A stretch of 64,000 bases of DNA from Octopus vulgaris (lineage: Eukaryota). How positions within the stretch are numbered: the first letter of the stretch is position 1; each line of letters starts with the position of its first letter. Location: the NCBI GenBank assembly GCA_951406725.2, contig OX597820.1, positions 82,088,001 through 82,152,000 of the forward strand. Reading direction: 5' to 3'. The notes below the pieces were generated by a model. That model searched no databases and had not been told where the DNA came from. It saw only the letters and a list, made by a program, of their open reading frames with translations. The translations under genes were made by a program, and so were the position numbers. Positions 1-14,753 of the stretch are shown in pieces.

Positions 1-609
1 GAGAAGAGGGGGAGGAGGGAGATGAGGAATTTCTTGATGATATCCGAGCAACTGTTGCTAATTCTTGATCCAACAGACCTATATGATCAATAACATTCCA
101 GTAATAGTTCTCTCGTGTGTCTTCCAAACATAGTATACCTAAAAAATGATTGTTGTATGCATCCTTTTATACGATAGAGTGTGTGATCTGAGAAATATTT
201 GATTGCTATTTGTGACAGGTTGATGTTGCAAGTCTGAAAGCTACAGATGTTTTGTGGAATTTTCATGTAGTTACAACTACTATTGTTGCTATCGCTGTTT
301 TTGTGGTTCAAGTTTCCGTAGTTGTTGGTTAACAGTGATGTAGTTTTCATTAATTTAGTTGTAGAATATATTGTTGTTCATGTCGTTGTTATTATTGTTT
401 TTGGTTAATTGCTTTTTATTCTTTTCATTGTCGGGTCAAAGCAGGTAGTCAGTCCGACAGATTTACATCTCTAGGCATACTATAGCTCTGTCCTCGAGTT
501 CAGGGCCACTTATTGGCAGAAGTAGATTAGATCTGGAACAATCCTCCTTACTCTTCACTTATCAATGCTCATGTGTATCCAAGCACACTATCGATTTATT
601 GATGCTTTT

Positions 610-665
610 GTTGTTGTTGCTGCTGCTGCTGCTGTTGTTGTTGTTGTTGTTGTTGCTGCTGCTGC

Positions 666-726
<61 letters not shown>

Positions 727-729
727 GGG
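610..729. repeat. Compound (GTT)n/(GCT)n/(GGT)n trinucleotide microsatellite
   Basis: Seen directly; it creates the poly-V/A/G run in ORF 565..867. Confidence 0.95.
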
Positions 730-2230
730 CAAGGGAAAATATGTAAAGAAATAAAACAGTTCAGTGTATTTTACTCTTACTTAAATATTCGATCATTAGT
801 GAAAGAGAAAGTCGACCAACATGAAGTCGATCAACTGCGACGGTCGAAAGAAAATATAATACTATAAAAAGCTCGTCTCTTACTCCCTCAATTCCGTTCT
901 TTTCCACGAGTCACTCTTCATCAATCACAGATATTATTCTAAAAAGACAGCAGTTAAAGAGAATACGAATATATTATGGCATATATATTTAAATAGATAT
1001 CAGCGTGTTGAAAAAAGAATTTGAACCTAACACAATTTCAGCTTGAAACTTAGAGACAACTCACATATATAATGTCTTTACTTAGTGTAACTAACTCTGG
1101 TATATAGAATCTAACAGTTAGTTAGAATGGTAGATTCCTCAGTTATCTGGTTAATAGAGTAGCCAGTGAAACTAAATCCCAATGTTAGTATAGGTGAATG
1201 ATTAAGCTTTGTCAACAATTGCAAGATACCAGGTTTGATGCCTTTGTGTGTCATCTTGGGTGAGTCTTTTACGATAGCTTCGAGTCGAGTCGCCAAAGCT
1301 TTGTAGGTGAAGCCTGGCAGACGAAAATAGTATGGAGTCCCTTCAAATGAATTATACTTGTAATTCAAAGGTTCTTTTTATGTCACGCTGAATCTGTTTT
1401 AGAATTTACGTAAAGGGTAACTGTTTCTGTGGAATATTCGGTCATATATACGCTAATTCAATGAACAGGTAATTCAACTGATCGGACAACTTCATATTCA
1501 TAATCGAAACGGATAAGAGACCCGTTACTATTAGATCAGTACCATTAGGGTTGGAGCTATTGGTCTCCTGGGACCGATATAACTATAACCCTGATGCCGA
1601 GGACTTGGACTGCAACATTCCACCACGTTCACTCCTTACAGTTTCTGCGCTTGCTTGAATGTTACATTTTAATATTTAAACGCGAGTTATTTCGATATCA
1701 CAAATGTCAACTATTCCACATTCAAACACAAACCCTGTTACATATAATGAGCCACAAATACAAACCCTGTCCCATATAACGAACCCCAAGCACAAGCTCT
1801 GTTCCATATAATGAACTTCAAATAAAAATCCCATCCCATCTAATAAACGACAAATACAAATCCTGTTCCTTATAATCAACTTAGGCGTGTGAAATATATT
1901 AAAAATAGCAATTTCGTAATAGTCCAACTTACCTACAACTAAACGTTGTTGCTACTGCTGTTACTGTGGTTAATTGTTGTTGTTGTAGTTTTATAGCCCT
2001 AAGTAAGTCCTGATCGAGAAAGCAGCGTTATTCTATATAAGCACATTAATGGAAGCAACCAAACTCTTTTTTTCATATCATAGGAAATTTTATGCTGTAA
2101 GTAAATTAGGAGAAAGATTTGGACGTCGGAGGAAATGCCTTCCAATATTTATATTATCGACTTCATTCAAATCACTACAGAATTTGGGTGGGAATCAGTC
2201 TTTTCTTATACTTAAACTTCGTTCTGATAA

Positions 2231-2323
2231 TACATACATACATACATACATACATACATACATACATACATACATACATACATACATACATGCATACATA
2301 CATACACACACACATACACACAC
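2231..2323. repeat. (TACA)n microsatellite
   Basis: Seen directly. Confidence 0.95.
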
Positions 2324-2439
2324 TATCAGAATGCTGATAGTGTTACAGGGTTAAACTTAGTGGGTATTTAAGCATTATGTTCGGGGCTAGTTAATGGATT
2401 GGGTGTAATGCTAAAGAAGGAAGAATAACTCTTGAAATA

Positions 2440-3533
2440 TGCATATACACCCATTACCTATTTTTTCTCTTCCAGCCTGGAAGCCGTTTTCCATAGGCGG
2501 GTCGAGGACCTTCTGTGATTCGCTTTAGATCTCGACAACGATGTTACAACGGTGACCTTTGAACTGCATTTTCCTCTTGAGGAAGAGATGGAAGCCCGTA
2601 GGAGTTAAATCTGGCGAATAGGAGGGGTGCGGAGGCGAGACCATGTTGCTTTTGACGAGAAACTTACGAGTGAGGAGAGCTCAGTGACATGGTGCATTGT
2701 CATCGTGAAGAAACCAGTTCTTCGCGCTCCACAGATCCGGTCACTTTCGCGGAATGTCCTCCGTAAAACGCTTCAAAACGTCGCAGTAGAACCCTCGATT
2801 GACGGTCTGGTGCTGAAGGAGGAATTTTATATGCACAATACCGCAGATGTCGGAAACAACGATCAGCATACTCTTGATCGAGCTGCGGTTCAGCCGTGCC
2901 TTCTTCGGTCGTGAAGATGAACGCCTCTTCCATTGTAACGACTGCTGCTTCGTCTCAGGATCGTACTTGGAGCCAACACTCAGCAGAATGGGTCATCAAC
3001 GCTCTCGGAGATCTTGACGGACTTCGATGCGATGTTTTTCTACTCAGTGGTTAGCAAGTGGGGGATAAACTTGGCAAAGACTCTCGCCACATGTTCAATT
3101 CAGACGTTAGGATCAACATCATCAGGAATGTCGTTGATTGTCCTGCGACGATCCTCATGCACAAGCTGATGAATTTTCTCCACATTTCCGGGTGTGATGC
3201 TCGTGGCTGGTCTTTCAGATCACTCATCATCATCCACGCACGTTCTTCCGCTTTTGAAGCACACTTGTCACTCGAAACATTGCGTACGACTCATTGCCTC
3301 GTCGCTTGCCTAAGTATGCTCAATGTCTCTGTAGTTTAACGTAAAATTTCACGTTGGCTCATTGTCCGGTCCATGACAAAATCGCAGACTACAGCATACA
3401 CATAATCACAAAAACACAAATTTCAAAACTTGTGAAGTAAACACAGCGATGTCACACGGCGAACTGCCTCTTGAAGGTCAATGCTAGCTCTCACTAGTAC
3501 TAGTCCGGAAACTTTTTAATACTATCACGTGTA
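2440..3533 (-). mobile_element. Decayed mariner transposon (transposase pseudogene) with right-hand TIR
   Basis: Minus strand gives PHPSYSPDLTP..FHLF (YSPDLAP motif, ~2590-2635), AKFIPHLLT (WVPREL-type linker, ~3050-3080) and LKDQPR (DxPRSGRP-like). TIR agtccggaaactttttaatactatcacgtgta at 3502-3533 ends in TA. Many stops and frameshifts. Confidence 0.85.
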
Positions 3534-3535
3534 TA

Positions 3536-3574
<39 letters not shown>

Positions 3575-3919
3575 GAGATAATATTAAAAAGTTCCCGGAC
3601 TATATATGTGTGTATTTGTGTGTGTGTGTGTGAGTGTGTGTGTGTGTGTGCGTGTGTGGAAGTTTGACACCAGTACTTGGTCCTTAGGTACCCTTCGAAG
3701 AGTTCCCTCTGTTACAAACAATCCAGCTTTTGCGGATACGTTACCTAATCGTTCCTAATCGTTTCGAAATCCCGGTAAAGGGTCATGGACAGTTCTCTAC
3801 ACCTAACTAAGCAATAAGAAATAACTGTAATCCAAAAATTTCTTCTAGACACGTATCAAATAAGTTACTGGTATCTTTATAAAGATCTGATATTAAGAGA
3901 CAAAAAAATTGGGAAGTGG

Positions 3920-4066
3920 AGTCCTCCATGCCTTTGGTAAGACGAATTATTGACGTAAACAGTTTGATCAACCCAGACCTATAGCAGAAGACACTTGCCC
4001 AAGGTGCCATGCAGCGGGACTGTACCCGGAACCATGTGGTTGGAAATTAGACTCCTTACCATACAG
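3920..4066 (-). mobile_element. tRNA-derived SINE, family K (5' part)
   Basis: agaagacacttgcccaaggtgccatgcagcgggactg matches copies at 55326-55822 and 61862-62277. Confidence 0.8.
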
Positions 4067-4318
4067 TCAGAACGAGGCGAGAAGAATTCTTTAAGGCTGA
4101 CAAAACGAGTGACTCCCACCCAAATTCTTTAGTGATAGAACAGAAGGCATGTCTACAAATGGAGATTGAAATCGAAGCTCAGTCCCCGTTGTATGACAAC
4201 ATTTTTACCTTTGAATATCAGTCAATACGCCCGCTTGAGTAATGTCATCCACGTTGCTTTATATGACTCTTTATCTTTTCTTTGTTTGCAAGAGTCTGCA
4301 TGTGTGTTTGTGTGTCTC

Positions 4319-4366
<48 letters not shown>

Positions 4367-4607
4367 CGTGTGTGCGTGCATATGTATGTTTGCACAAACA
4401 CACATACACGCATATACATATATACATAGACACATATATGCATTCTTATAAATGATACGCATTCCTACCCACTTAGTTGTTTCCAACCTTCACAGCCAGC
4501 TACTCAAATACCTACATACCATCATAAATATCCAACTACCATCGTACATTACTACATTCATTGTAATATTTACACACATGAATAAATAACTACATATATT
4601 ATCTGTA

Positions 4608-4655
<48 letters not shown>

Positions 4656-4698
4656 ATGTGTGCGTGTGTGTATCTGTGTATACTTACATACACACACA

Positions 4699-4741
<43 letters not shown>

Positions 4742-4747
4742 GTGTGT

Positions 4748-5133
4748 GTGGAAGCGCATTGGCCCAGTGGTTAGGGCAGCAGACTCGTGGTCGTAGAATC
4801 GCGGTTTCGATTCCCAAACCGGGTGTTGTGAGTGTTTATTGAGCGAAAACACCTAAATCTCCACGTGGCTCTGGAAGGGGTGGGGGTGGGGCTGAATCAT
4901 GCTGTACTCTTTCACCACACCTTTCTCTCACTATTTCTTCTTGTTTCTGTAGTACCTATATTTCACAGGGCCAACCTTGTCACGCTCTGTGTCATGTTGA
5001 ATATCCCTGAGAACTATGTTAAGGGTACACGTGTCTGTGGGGTGCTCAGCCACTTGCACGCTAATTTCACGAGCAGGCTGTTCCGTTGATCGGATCAACT
5101 GGAAACCTCGTCGTTGTAACCGACGGAATGCCA

Positions 5134-5136
<3 letters not shown>
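4748..5136 (+). mobile_element. tRNA-derived SINE, family R, tail type 1 (full length)
   Basis: A-box-like ttggcccagtggttagg and B-box-like ggtttcgattccc. Head shared with 62692-62978. Ends ...ggaatgccacga then (TA)n. Confidence 0.85.
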
Positions 5137-5176
<40 letters not shown>

Positions 5177-5326
5177 ATGAGATGTACATAGCTTAAAGTT
5201 CAGCTGCCCTTTTTTTTTATTCGTGTTTCTTTGACGAATATCAACGATTACCAATATACACTTTGAATAAATCCGGTGTGTAATTTGATTTTTAATGTGT
5301 GCGTTTATCTGTGTATGTGGGGGGTG

Positions 5327-5377
<51 letters not shown>

Positions 5378-5479
5378 ATATATAACACCTCTGAAATGTT
5401 TGTATTAGCACTTCCGGCGCAAATGCCAAGCAGTACAGAATGTCGTTTCCAAATTTCTGGCAGAGTGACTTGCGTCATG

Positions 5480-7190
5480 ATGCTGTTTTTCTCACAGACA
5501 GTGCCCAACTGATCCTACTCTGCGAAACTTCTTATCTGTAAGTATGAGATGATGGGGAACCACACATACTTTGAACAGTGGCAATGAATCTTTCAATATT
5601 GATGTAAGAATGTATTGTGACATTTTCCAAGGTGACTCTCTATCACCACTCTTCTTTTGTCTAGCCTTAATACCACTTTCAAAATTGCTCGACAATGTAC
5701 AATATAGCTAAAAAATGCTTGATAAAAATATAAATCATCTCTTTTACATGGATGATTTAAAGCGCCTTGCAAAAAGTGACCAACAACCACAGGGATTACT
5801 AGCAATTGTCAAACAGTACATCAGGATGGATAAATGTGCAAAAGGTATCTTTATTAGAGGAAAAATGATAGAAACATCCAACGTTAATCTTGACCAATAG
5901 GATGTCATAAAGGAGTTATAACCAGTGCAGGGCTACAAATACCTAGGCAATATTTGAAGGTGATAGAATGAAACATTCAATGATGAAGGAAAAGATCAGA
6001 AAAGAATTTTTCGCAGGGTAAGGGCAATACTCAAGACAGAGTTAAATGCAAGAAACAGGATCGAAGCGATCAATACCTTAACCATGTCGGTCATGACTCA
6101 CAGTTCCAATAACTGTTCAATTACTGAAATCTGCAATCTTGACAAATAAATATGAGAATTGTTGTCAATGCACCACTGTAAGGCAGATATAGAACGACTT
6201 TACCTGCCAAGAAAAGAGGGTGGCCGTGGACTTTTACAACTTGAATGAACAATGAAAATTCTCACAATTAGCCCAAACACCTACCTGAAAAAATTTGATG
6301 TCTGTTAAAACTTGTCTTAAAGCATGAAAATAAGAAAACACCATACTCAGTAACAAAACAGGCAAAGGAATATCTAAGTGAATTCCAAATACAACTAATC
6401 CCAGAATTAGGCGTACTGGAAACAAGCACAGAAAAAAACTAAGCGTATGAAAACCAGCTAAAACTGCCTTAGATATTCTTACTGATAAATGGCAAGAAAA
6501 ACCTCTCAATGGTAAATATCCAAAGCAAGTTAAAAACGCTGATGTTGACAAAGCCTTTACCCATCAATGGGTAGTGTCTTCAGGCTTAAAATCAGAGACA
6601 GTGGGGTTTATCATAACAGTTCAATATCAATACCTACTTACAATAAGCTACCAGGCCGACATCTTAAAGAACGGCAGTAGCTCAACATATCGTGAATTTA
6701 AACAACAAAATGAAACCATTGATTATGTTGTCTCCATGTGCAACTTTTTTTCGCGTACAGAGTATCTCAACAGGCATGATAGAGCAGCACAGTATATTCA
6801 CTGATTAATTTGCAAAGACTTGGACCTAGCCATCGTAGAAACGTGTGGGAACACAAAACACCGTCAGTGCTTGAAAATGGCTACAACTCACTCCTTTAGA
6901 ATTTCCCCGTCCAAACTGACAGAAAGGTAGATTTTAAATAGGCCAGACGTTATATTGAAAGAGTTCAGACAAATATCATGCCACCTCATCGATATGACTG
7001 TCCCAATCGACATAACTGTATCTGTAAAGACCTACCAACAACTGAACAAGTATAATGATCTTGGAAAAGAAATTGGCAAAATGTGGAATCTCAAGACTAA
7101 AACAATACCTGTTGTAATAGGTGCCATAGGAATGGTAGCAAAAGAGGCTGATTACTACTTAGCTCAGATACCAGGAAATCCAAAAATGGA

Positions 7191-7192
<2 letters not shown>
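5480..7192 (+). mobile_element. R4/Dong-like non-LTR retrotransposon, older decayed copy (RT + RLE), lacks its 3' end
   Basis: IFQGDSLSPLLF, NHLFYMDDLK (RT), YLNRHD, and CHLIDMTVPID..KTYQQLNKY (PD-(D/E)xK-type RLE). ORFs 5715, 6574, 6955. Confidence 0.9.
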
Positions 7193-8802
<1,610 letters not shown>

Positions 8803-8994
8803 GATCAAAGATGTGTATCGTCAGCCACTAAGGGACATGCTCAAACAAATGACAAACAAAACTGTAGTATTGAGCAGAATATTTGCTGTAGCCAAACTTT
8901 CATACCAAGACAAAACAATGTACATGACATCACTTCCAATCAGTTAAGATCAGAAACTACGAGAGCCACTGCCTGGTATTGCATCAGGGCATTT
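8803..8994 (-). mobile_element. Partial copy of the ~555-bp (TAA)n-flanked non-coding element Z
   Basis: Matches ~53597-53800 (gtattgagcagaatatttgctgtagcc...gcatcagggcattt). Confidence 0.85.
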
Positions 8995-9025
8995 ATCATC
9001 ATCATCATCATCATCATTATTATTA

Positions 9026-9098
<73 letters not shown>

Positions 9099-9190
9099 CA
9101 TTATTATTATAATTATTATTATTATCATCATCATCATCGTCGTCGTCGTCGTCGTCTTCTTCTTCTTCTTCTTCTTCTTCTTCTTCTTCT
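8995..9190. repeat. (ATC)n/(ATT)n/(CGT)n/(CTT)n compound microsatellite
   Basis: Seen directly. Confidence 0.95.
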
Positions 9191-9579
9191 CCTGATACGC
9201 TATACACATAACTAAATCTGTCGTCGTTGAATACGAAAATTTTAACCTATTCCTGTTTAGAATTCCGTGGTATCTATCGTAGGATGGAAAATTCCTATTT
9301 AACAATGAGCTGTGAGTTTAGTCAGCTCCATGTTCATTGAAACTGACTCATTTTAAATTATGTAATATATCTACATCTGTTCATGTTTCTATGAATCCTT
9401 CCACTGTTATTAATATAAGGCATTATACCTAAATTATTGTATTAGAAAGAACGACACTTATTTTCCTCATTGGCGTAAATTCTCGAAAGCATCAACGATA
9501 TATTCCTAAGTTTATTATTTTTATTCCTATAGAAAAAGCAACAGAAAGTGTACGGTAAAACTGCTGTTGGATGTTGAGT

Positions 9580-9614
9580 ATCCAACGTTTCGGACATCTC
9601 CCTTCTTCAAGGTA
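9580..9614 (-). ncRNA. Degenerate minimal hammerhead ribozyme downstream of a PLE C-terminal remnant
   Basis: Minus strand: cc-UUGAAGA-agggagaugucc-GAAACGUU-gg, with core C3 changed to U. Upstream ORF 9492..9710 (MIFKHIVLHSSAVTVNFS) resembles the PLE terminus LIF.LGTL.P.GLN..FS. Confidence 0.5.
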
Positions 9615-9748
9615 AAGTTGACTAGAGGGAAAGACGGCAGAGTTTATATCTATGTTTGAGAAATTGACTGTAACTGCTGAGGAATGCAAGACAATATGTT
9701 TGAAGATCATTCTAAGTTATAAATCGTACCTTTAAATTTTAGATTAAA

Positions 9749-10142
9749 CTAGCAGTATCACCCGGCGTTGCTCGGGTTTGTAAGGGAAATAACTATATAA
9801 GCATTTTTAGAGATGTAAAGTATAATAGCCATCTCAATATGGCTAACCACAAAGGGGTGTGTTACTGTAGTTTTTACGTTCTGAGATTTAATAATACATT
9901 TTTAGAGAGTTACTTCTCTTATATAATAGCCAAAAAAAGTATTAAAAATGGGAAAAAATGATGGTAATTTTTTTTTTAAATCGTAGACTCATTGTAGACG
10001 CGCACTAATACCCAGAAGGGCTCGATATGAATCACAACTATAATATACCCGCTTTTGGTTACACTGCACCACAAAATGTGGGAGTAGTTAGGAATCTAAA
10101 TCGTAGGAGACAGACACACAACTTCACTTTTATATATAAAGA
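9749..10142 (-). mobile_element. Non-autonomous Helitron, copy 1
   Basis: Minus strand starts A|TCTTTATATATAAAAGTGAAG and ends with hairpin cccgagcaacgccggg + CTAG|T. Second copy at 29850-30247. Confidence 0.88.
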
Positions 10143-10486
10143 TGTATGTTCAGCAAAAGAAATTGAGAATTGGAGTTTTTCATAAGAGAATGAGTGACAA
10201 TGTCAAACTCTTTTTTAAAAATTGCAGTACATCCAATTTAGAAGTATTATTATATCGTATATTTATATACTACATTTTGACATTGACATTGTTTCAATTA
10301 GCTATTATCAATTACTCTTAAGGTCAAACAAATCTGTGGTGTTGAGCAGAATATTTGGTGTTATATTGCAACATATTTAGTAGATGGATTTAAAGAGTTA
10401 TTATTTGATTAAGAGATTTGAATAGATTTGTTGCTTTCCGGAAAATGGCAAGTTTTTGGATTAGTTGAACGTTGCCTTCAGACCAC

Positions 10487-10492
10487 TACACA

Positions 10493-10571
<79 letters not shown>

Positions 10572-10573
10572 TT

Positions 10574-10623
<50 letters not shown>

Positions 10624-10625
10624 AT
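10487..10625. repeat. (CT)n microsatellite
   Basis: Seen directly. Confidence 0.95.
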
Positions 10626-11835
10626 ATATATCTTTTTTTTCAAACGTAATTTGTTTCATTTTTACTGCATATATTTTCTACTATGCGTACTTATTTTATT
10701 TCTATAATCATTTCGTATGTTATATTTAAACCCGAAACGACTTCCACATTACTTTCAATCGAATTAATTTAATAACTACAATTGATAAGTAAGTAATTAT
10801 TATTTGGTTGACAATGTCTAGAAACAGTTGTAGGGCAAATAGAATTTTTGAAACATCACTAAACTCAATTTTCTTTTATTTTCCTTTTCTTTCATATATA
10901 TGTGTGTACATATGTGCGTGTATATGTAGTGTACATGTGTGTGTGTGTGCAACGCTGATGCCATTCAGCCTAAGTGCATACATAAGTGTATGGTGAGCGG
11001 AAGCAGACACGAGGCTGAAAGATTAGTCAAATAAACAAGACAAGACAGCTTCTTCTTCAGTGGTAATTTATCCATCATTATGTCAGTTGAAGTGTTGTTC
11101 ACCTGAGAACCATCTATACAGTAGAAACTTTTCACATATGTCTAACCAGCCACCTACCTCCCTAAGCATATACAGTATAGAGGTATACACAAACGCTGCG
11201 ATCACACATAAGTACGTATGCATATATAGACACATAGACACGTGTAAACATATGCTTGTAAGTGAATGTGTGTAAGCATGTGCATGTATATATATATATA
11301 TATACAATTACACCACTCTCGCTAAACACTATTTTAAAGCGCGATTTTTATGCTGTTGAATTAATCTAGACGAATTTGACTATAAGAGTGGAAATTTAGT
11401 ATCTTTTAAGGTAATAATAAAAATAGTCGAACCTATTTTCATGCAGTTGAGTGCGCAAAGTTTTCGAAATTTTCATATCTTTTAGGTCTGCTATTTCAGA
11501 ATTCTACGCATGCGTAAAACATCAGAGACGAAAGTTCATGCAATTACATATTCATACATGCGACGTCGTAAACAGGCATAACAATAGCTTCGACGGTCGA
11601 CAAATTTTTACTAATATCTAAAAAAAAAAAAAAATACTAAGTTTCTAACATTTTTATGGTCAAATTCGTTTAGAACAATTCAATAACATTAAAAAATTGC
11701 ACTTTAAGATAGTGTTTAACGAGTATGGTGTAATTGTAATTTATGTTTTTTTTTCTTTCAAAATGACACCGATAGAGACATTTGAAAGAACGCAACCGGT
11801 TAAGAAAGAACGAAGTAAAAGAAGTAGTAAATATT

Positions 11836-11866
<31 letters not shown>

Positions 11867-11916
11867 CGTTATGAGAGGTAACATTATATGAGAGAGTGAG
11901 CTAGTGAGTTCAATAC

Positions 11917-11953
<37 letters not shown>

Positions 11954-11986
11954 CATATATATATATATATATACATACATACATAT

Positions 11987-12045
<59 letters not shown>

Positions 12046-12102
12046 TATGAAGTTTAGAAGAGCATATAGACACATGGGTCTATATATGTTTCCATCATAA
12101 CA

Positions 12103-12142
<40 letters not shown>

Positions 12143-12243
12143 TAAATTTATCAGCTATTGTTATCAGTACTCTCGCCTTGAATTAATGATATATGTATAT
12201 ATATGCGTATAAGATATAATTTTATTGTATCGCATTTATCTTT

Positions 12244-12287
<44 letters not shown>

Positions 12288-12299
12288 CATGTATAATAA

Positions 12300-14257
12300 A
12301 TATCGTGAAAACTTCCCGTTCAGAGAAATTAGCGCAAATACTAGCTGAATTGTCTCAAAACTTCCACTTTATAATTATCATAAATATTCACGCTTTCAAT
12401 AGTACACTATGCCCAGTAAAAGAAAGGGCAACAACCTGCTCCGAAAAGATTCCCGTTCACAAAAGATCGCTGAGCAAAGTCAATAGACGCAAACAGAAAA
12501 TAGACAAGGCCCTAGCTCTTTTCAGTTCTCGGAATAAAGTGAAGAATGCAAGAAACCCGTGCAATGGAAACACCAGAAGAAACAGAGACACGGAGAAATG
12601 CAGATCTGCTGAAGAGACAGGAAACTCGTACAATGGAAAGATCAGAAGATTCAGAAGCTCGGACGAATGCGAATCGGCAGAGAACAAAGGAAATCCGTGC
12701 AATAGAAACACCAGAGAGAAAAACAGAAGCACGGAGGAATGTGAATCGGCTGAGAACACAGAAAAGCCGTGCAATGGAAACACCACAAGAAACAGAAGCA
12801 CGGAGGAATACTGATCGATTTTCTAAAGAAAACACGTTGCTGCCACAAATTCAGCAGCGGCAAGCAAACAACCAGAGATGATACCAATCGAGACTTTGTC
12901 AGCAAAGAACTGACACTGAGAGAATGGCTATGGAAGCTGATGTGGTAGATTTTCATGAGAAAGATCGAAACCCAAGCCTCATGTTGCACTACTGTGGAAA
13001 CATTTTTAACAGAACATGCTCTGACAGAGGAATTTATGTGCCACATGAAAATACGTGATTCCAGTGGAAAACTTTTCCAAAAGACAAGGCTACTGGGTAT
13101 TGGCAAGGTTACGATGAGCCATAAGTGTGTCTATGAATGCGTTGATCGCTGTCTCAGAGAAGTTAAACAAGAATCAGATAAGCTGTTTGGAAGTGTGAAT
13201 GTTTTGTTTTCTGGAGACTGGAAGCAGATATTGACCGTGGTGCAAAGAGGTTCCAGGGCCCAGACTGTTCATGCCACAATAAAACAGTCATATATTTGAA
13301 ACCATGTCTAAAGCCTACATTTGTCTGTCAATATGGCAGTCCAAAATTCTGGCGATGATGACATTGCTTTCTCATCCTATCTTGACCAGCTGGGAATGGA
13401 AAATTTCCTATCAATCAAGAAATTGGTGAATACGAAATATTTATTCCTCCACTGCATTTGATTGTCTCTACAAGGCTACAGAACCAATGTGAAACGGCCT
13501 TCAGGGCTTCAGGGGTATTGGTAAAAAATATAGAGAGGAACTATGGATGAGTAGCAGAGCCATCATTACTCCTACAAACAAGGCTGCTGAAGAAGTGAAT
13601 ACAGCTGACATCTCGAAACTTCTACCAGGAGATAGTAAAATTTATCGAAGCTGTGACACATAACACGAAAACGAGACTGTGTTCCTGCTGGAACTGGTCA
13701 ATGATCTCAATCCATCAAGGTTTTCACCACACATTTTGGTTTTGAAGAAGCCCTTCTCCATTATGCTGCTCAGAAACCTTGATCCAGCAAGAGGTCATTG
13801 CAACAGAACAAGATATATAGTCTTGAATCTGTACAACCACCTTATTGAAGCAGAAGTAGCCAATGGGACCCATGCTGGAATCCGGATAATGACACCAAGA
13901 ATTTCACTGATCATCACTGAAGACTATCCGTTCTCATTTTTCAGGAAGTAGTTTCCTGTGAGGCCGGCTTTTAGAATGACATCAAACAAATCTCAGAAAG
14001 TTGGAATTTACCTGCCAACACATATCAGCCATGTCCAGTTCGATGTTGCCAACAGCAGAGTTGGTTCTGAGAACAATGCGCATATATATTGGCTTTGAAC
14101 TCAGAGTATAAGGGTATGAAAGGAATCTACACCGTTGCCTATAAGGAAATTATTTAAGAAAATTTTAGTAAGTTTCACTTTTTACTTTCAAACTACGAAC
14201 AGGAGTATGGATATGTACTAGCTGAATCGACCGCATGGAGGGCGGCGATTCAGTTAG
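12300..14257 (+). mobile_element. Decayed, internally deleted Helitron (STPR-like repeats + PIF1 helicase; Rep domain absent)
   Basis: ORF 12546: ~23-aa repeats RAMETPEETETRRNAD. ORF 12955: VDRCLREV..LFGSVNVLFSGDWKQILTVV. ORF 13679: IMLLRNLDPARGHCNRTR, then FPVRPAFRMTSNKSQ. GC hairpin and TTAG/CTAG-type end at 14216-14258. Confidence 0.9.
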
Positions 14258-14270
14258 TAATTATAATTAA

Positions 14271-14515
14271 AGGTACTGGAAACAGCACCTACATGCTAGA
14301 GATAGACGTCAAAATACTCTAAAAACCACAATAAATGAAGTTTAGTAAAATTTTGAGGTTGATTCTAGATCTAGAATTAACCTCAAATGTTTACTAAATC
14401 TCTTTTATTAATTTACTCGCTTTCAGCTTTGTGCTTAATGGAGTGCGATTTTGAAGTGGTTTTTAGAGTCTTTTGACGTTTATCTCAACCGTGTAGGTGC
14501 TGTATGTCAGTACTT
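14271..14515. mobile_element. Kolobok-like MITE with ~60-bp TIRs and an internal palindrome
   Basis: ttaa|aggtactggaaacagcacctaca...aaaaaccac versus gtggttttt...tgtaggtgctgtatgtcagtactt|ttga. TTAA-like TSD and AGG terminus. Internal palindrome 14341-14398. Confidence 0.7.
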
Positions 14516-14528
14516 TTGATTATAATTA

Positions 14529-14567
<39 letters not shown>

Positions 14568-14640
14568 CCGGTCAGCATACATGCATATGTGTGTGCGTGT
14601 ATCTTATTCATGTATATATATATATATATATTTATATATA

Positions 14641-14753
14641 TTGGCCTGCTCGCTTAGCCAACGAGGTGGCGTCATTTGAAGGCTAAAACAATGCGAACCG
14701 CATTGTGACCAGCGATGTGTAGCAACATCTAATAGCCTGGTCGGTCACGATGA
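14641..14753 (+). mobile_element. 5'-truncated SINE family R, tail type 2, inside (TA)n
   Basis: Reverse complement of 62692-62803; (TA)n on both sides. Confidence 0.85.

Noticed and set aside
2627-2914. Plus-strand 95-aa ORF
   Set aside because: Antisense to the mariner transposase; the same applies to shadow ORFs such as 51323..51553 and 36568..36921.
4748-4830. tRNA gene
   Set aside because: It is the tRNA-derived head of a SINE, continuing into SINE body and repeated elsewhere.
11495-11605. Promoter-like motifs (tacgcatgcgta palindrome, gacgtc)
   Set aside because: No linked gene or transcript evidence.
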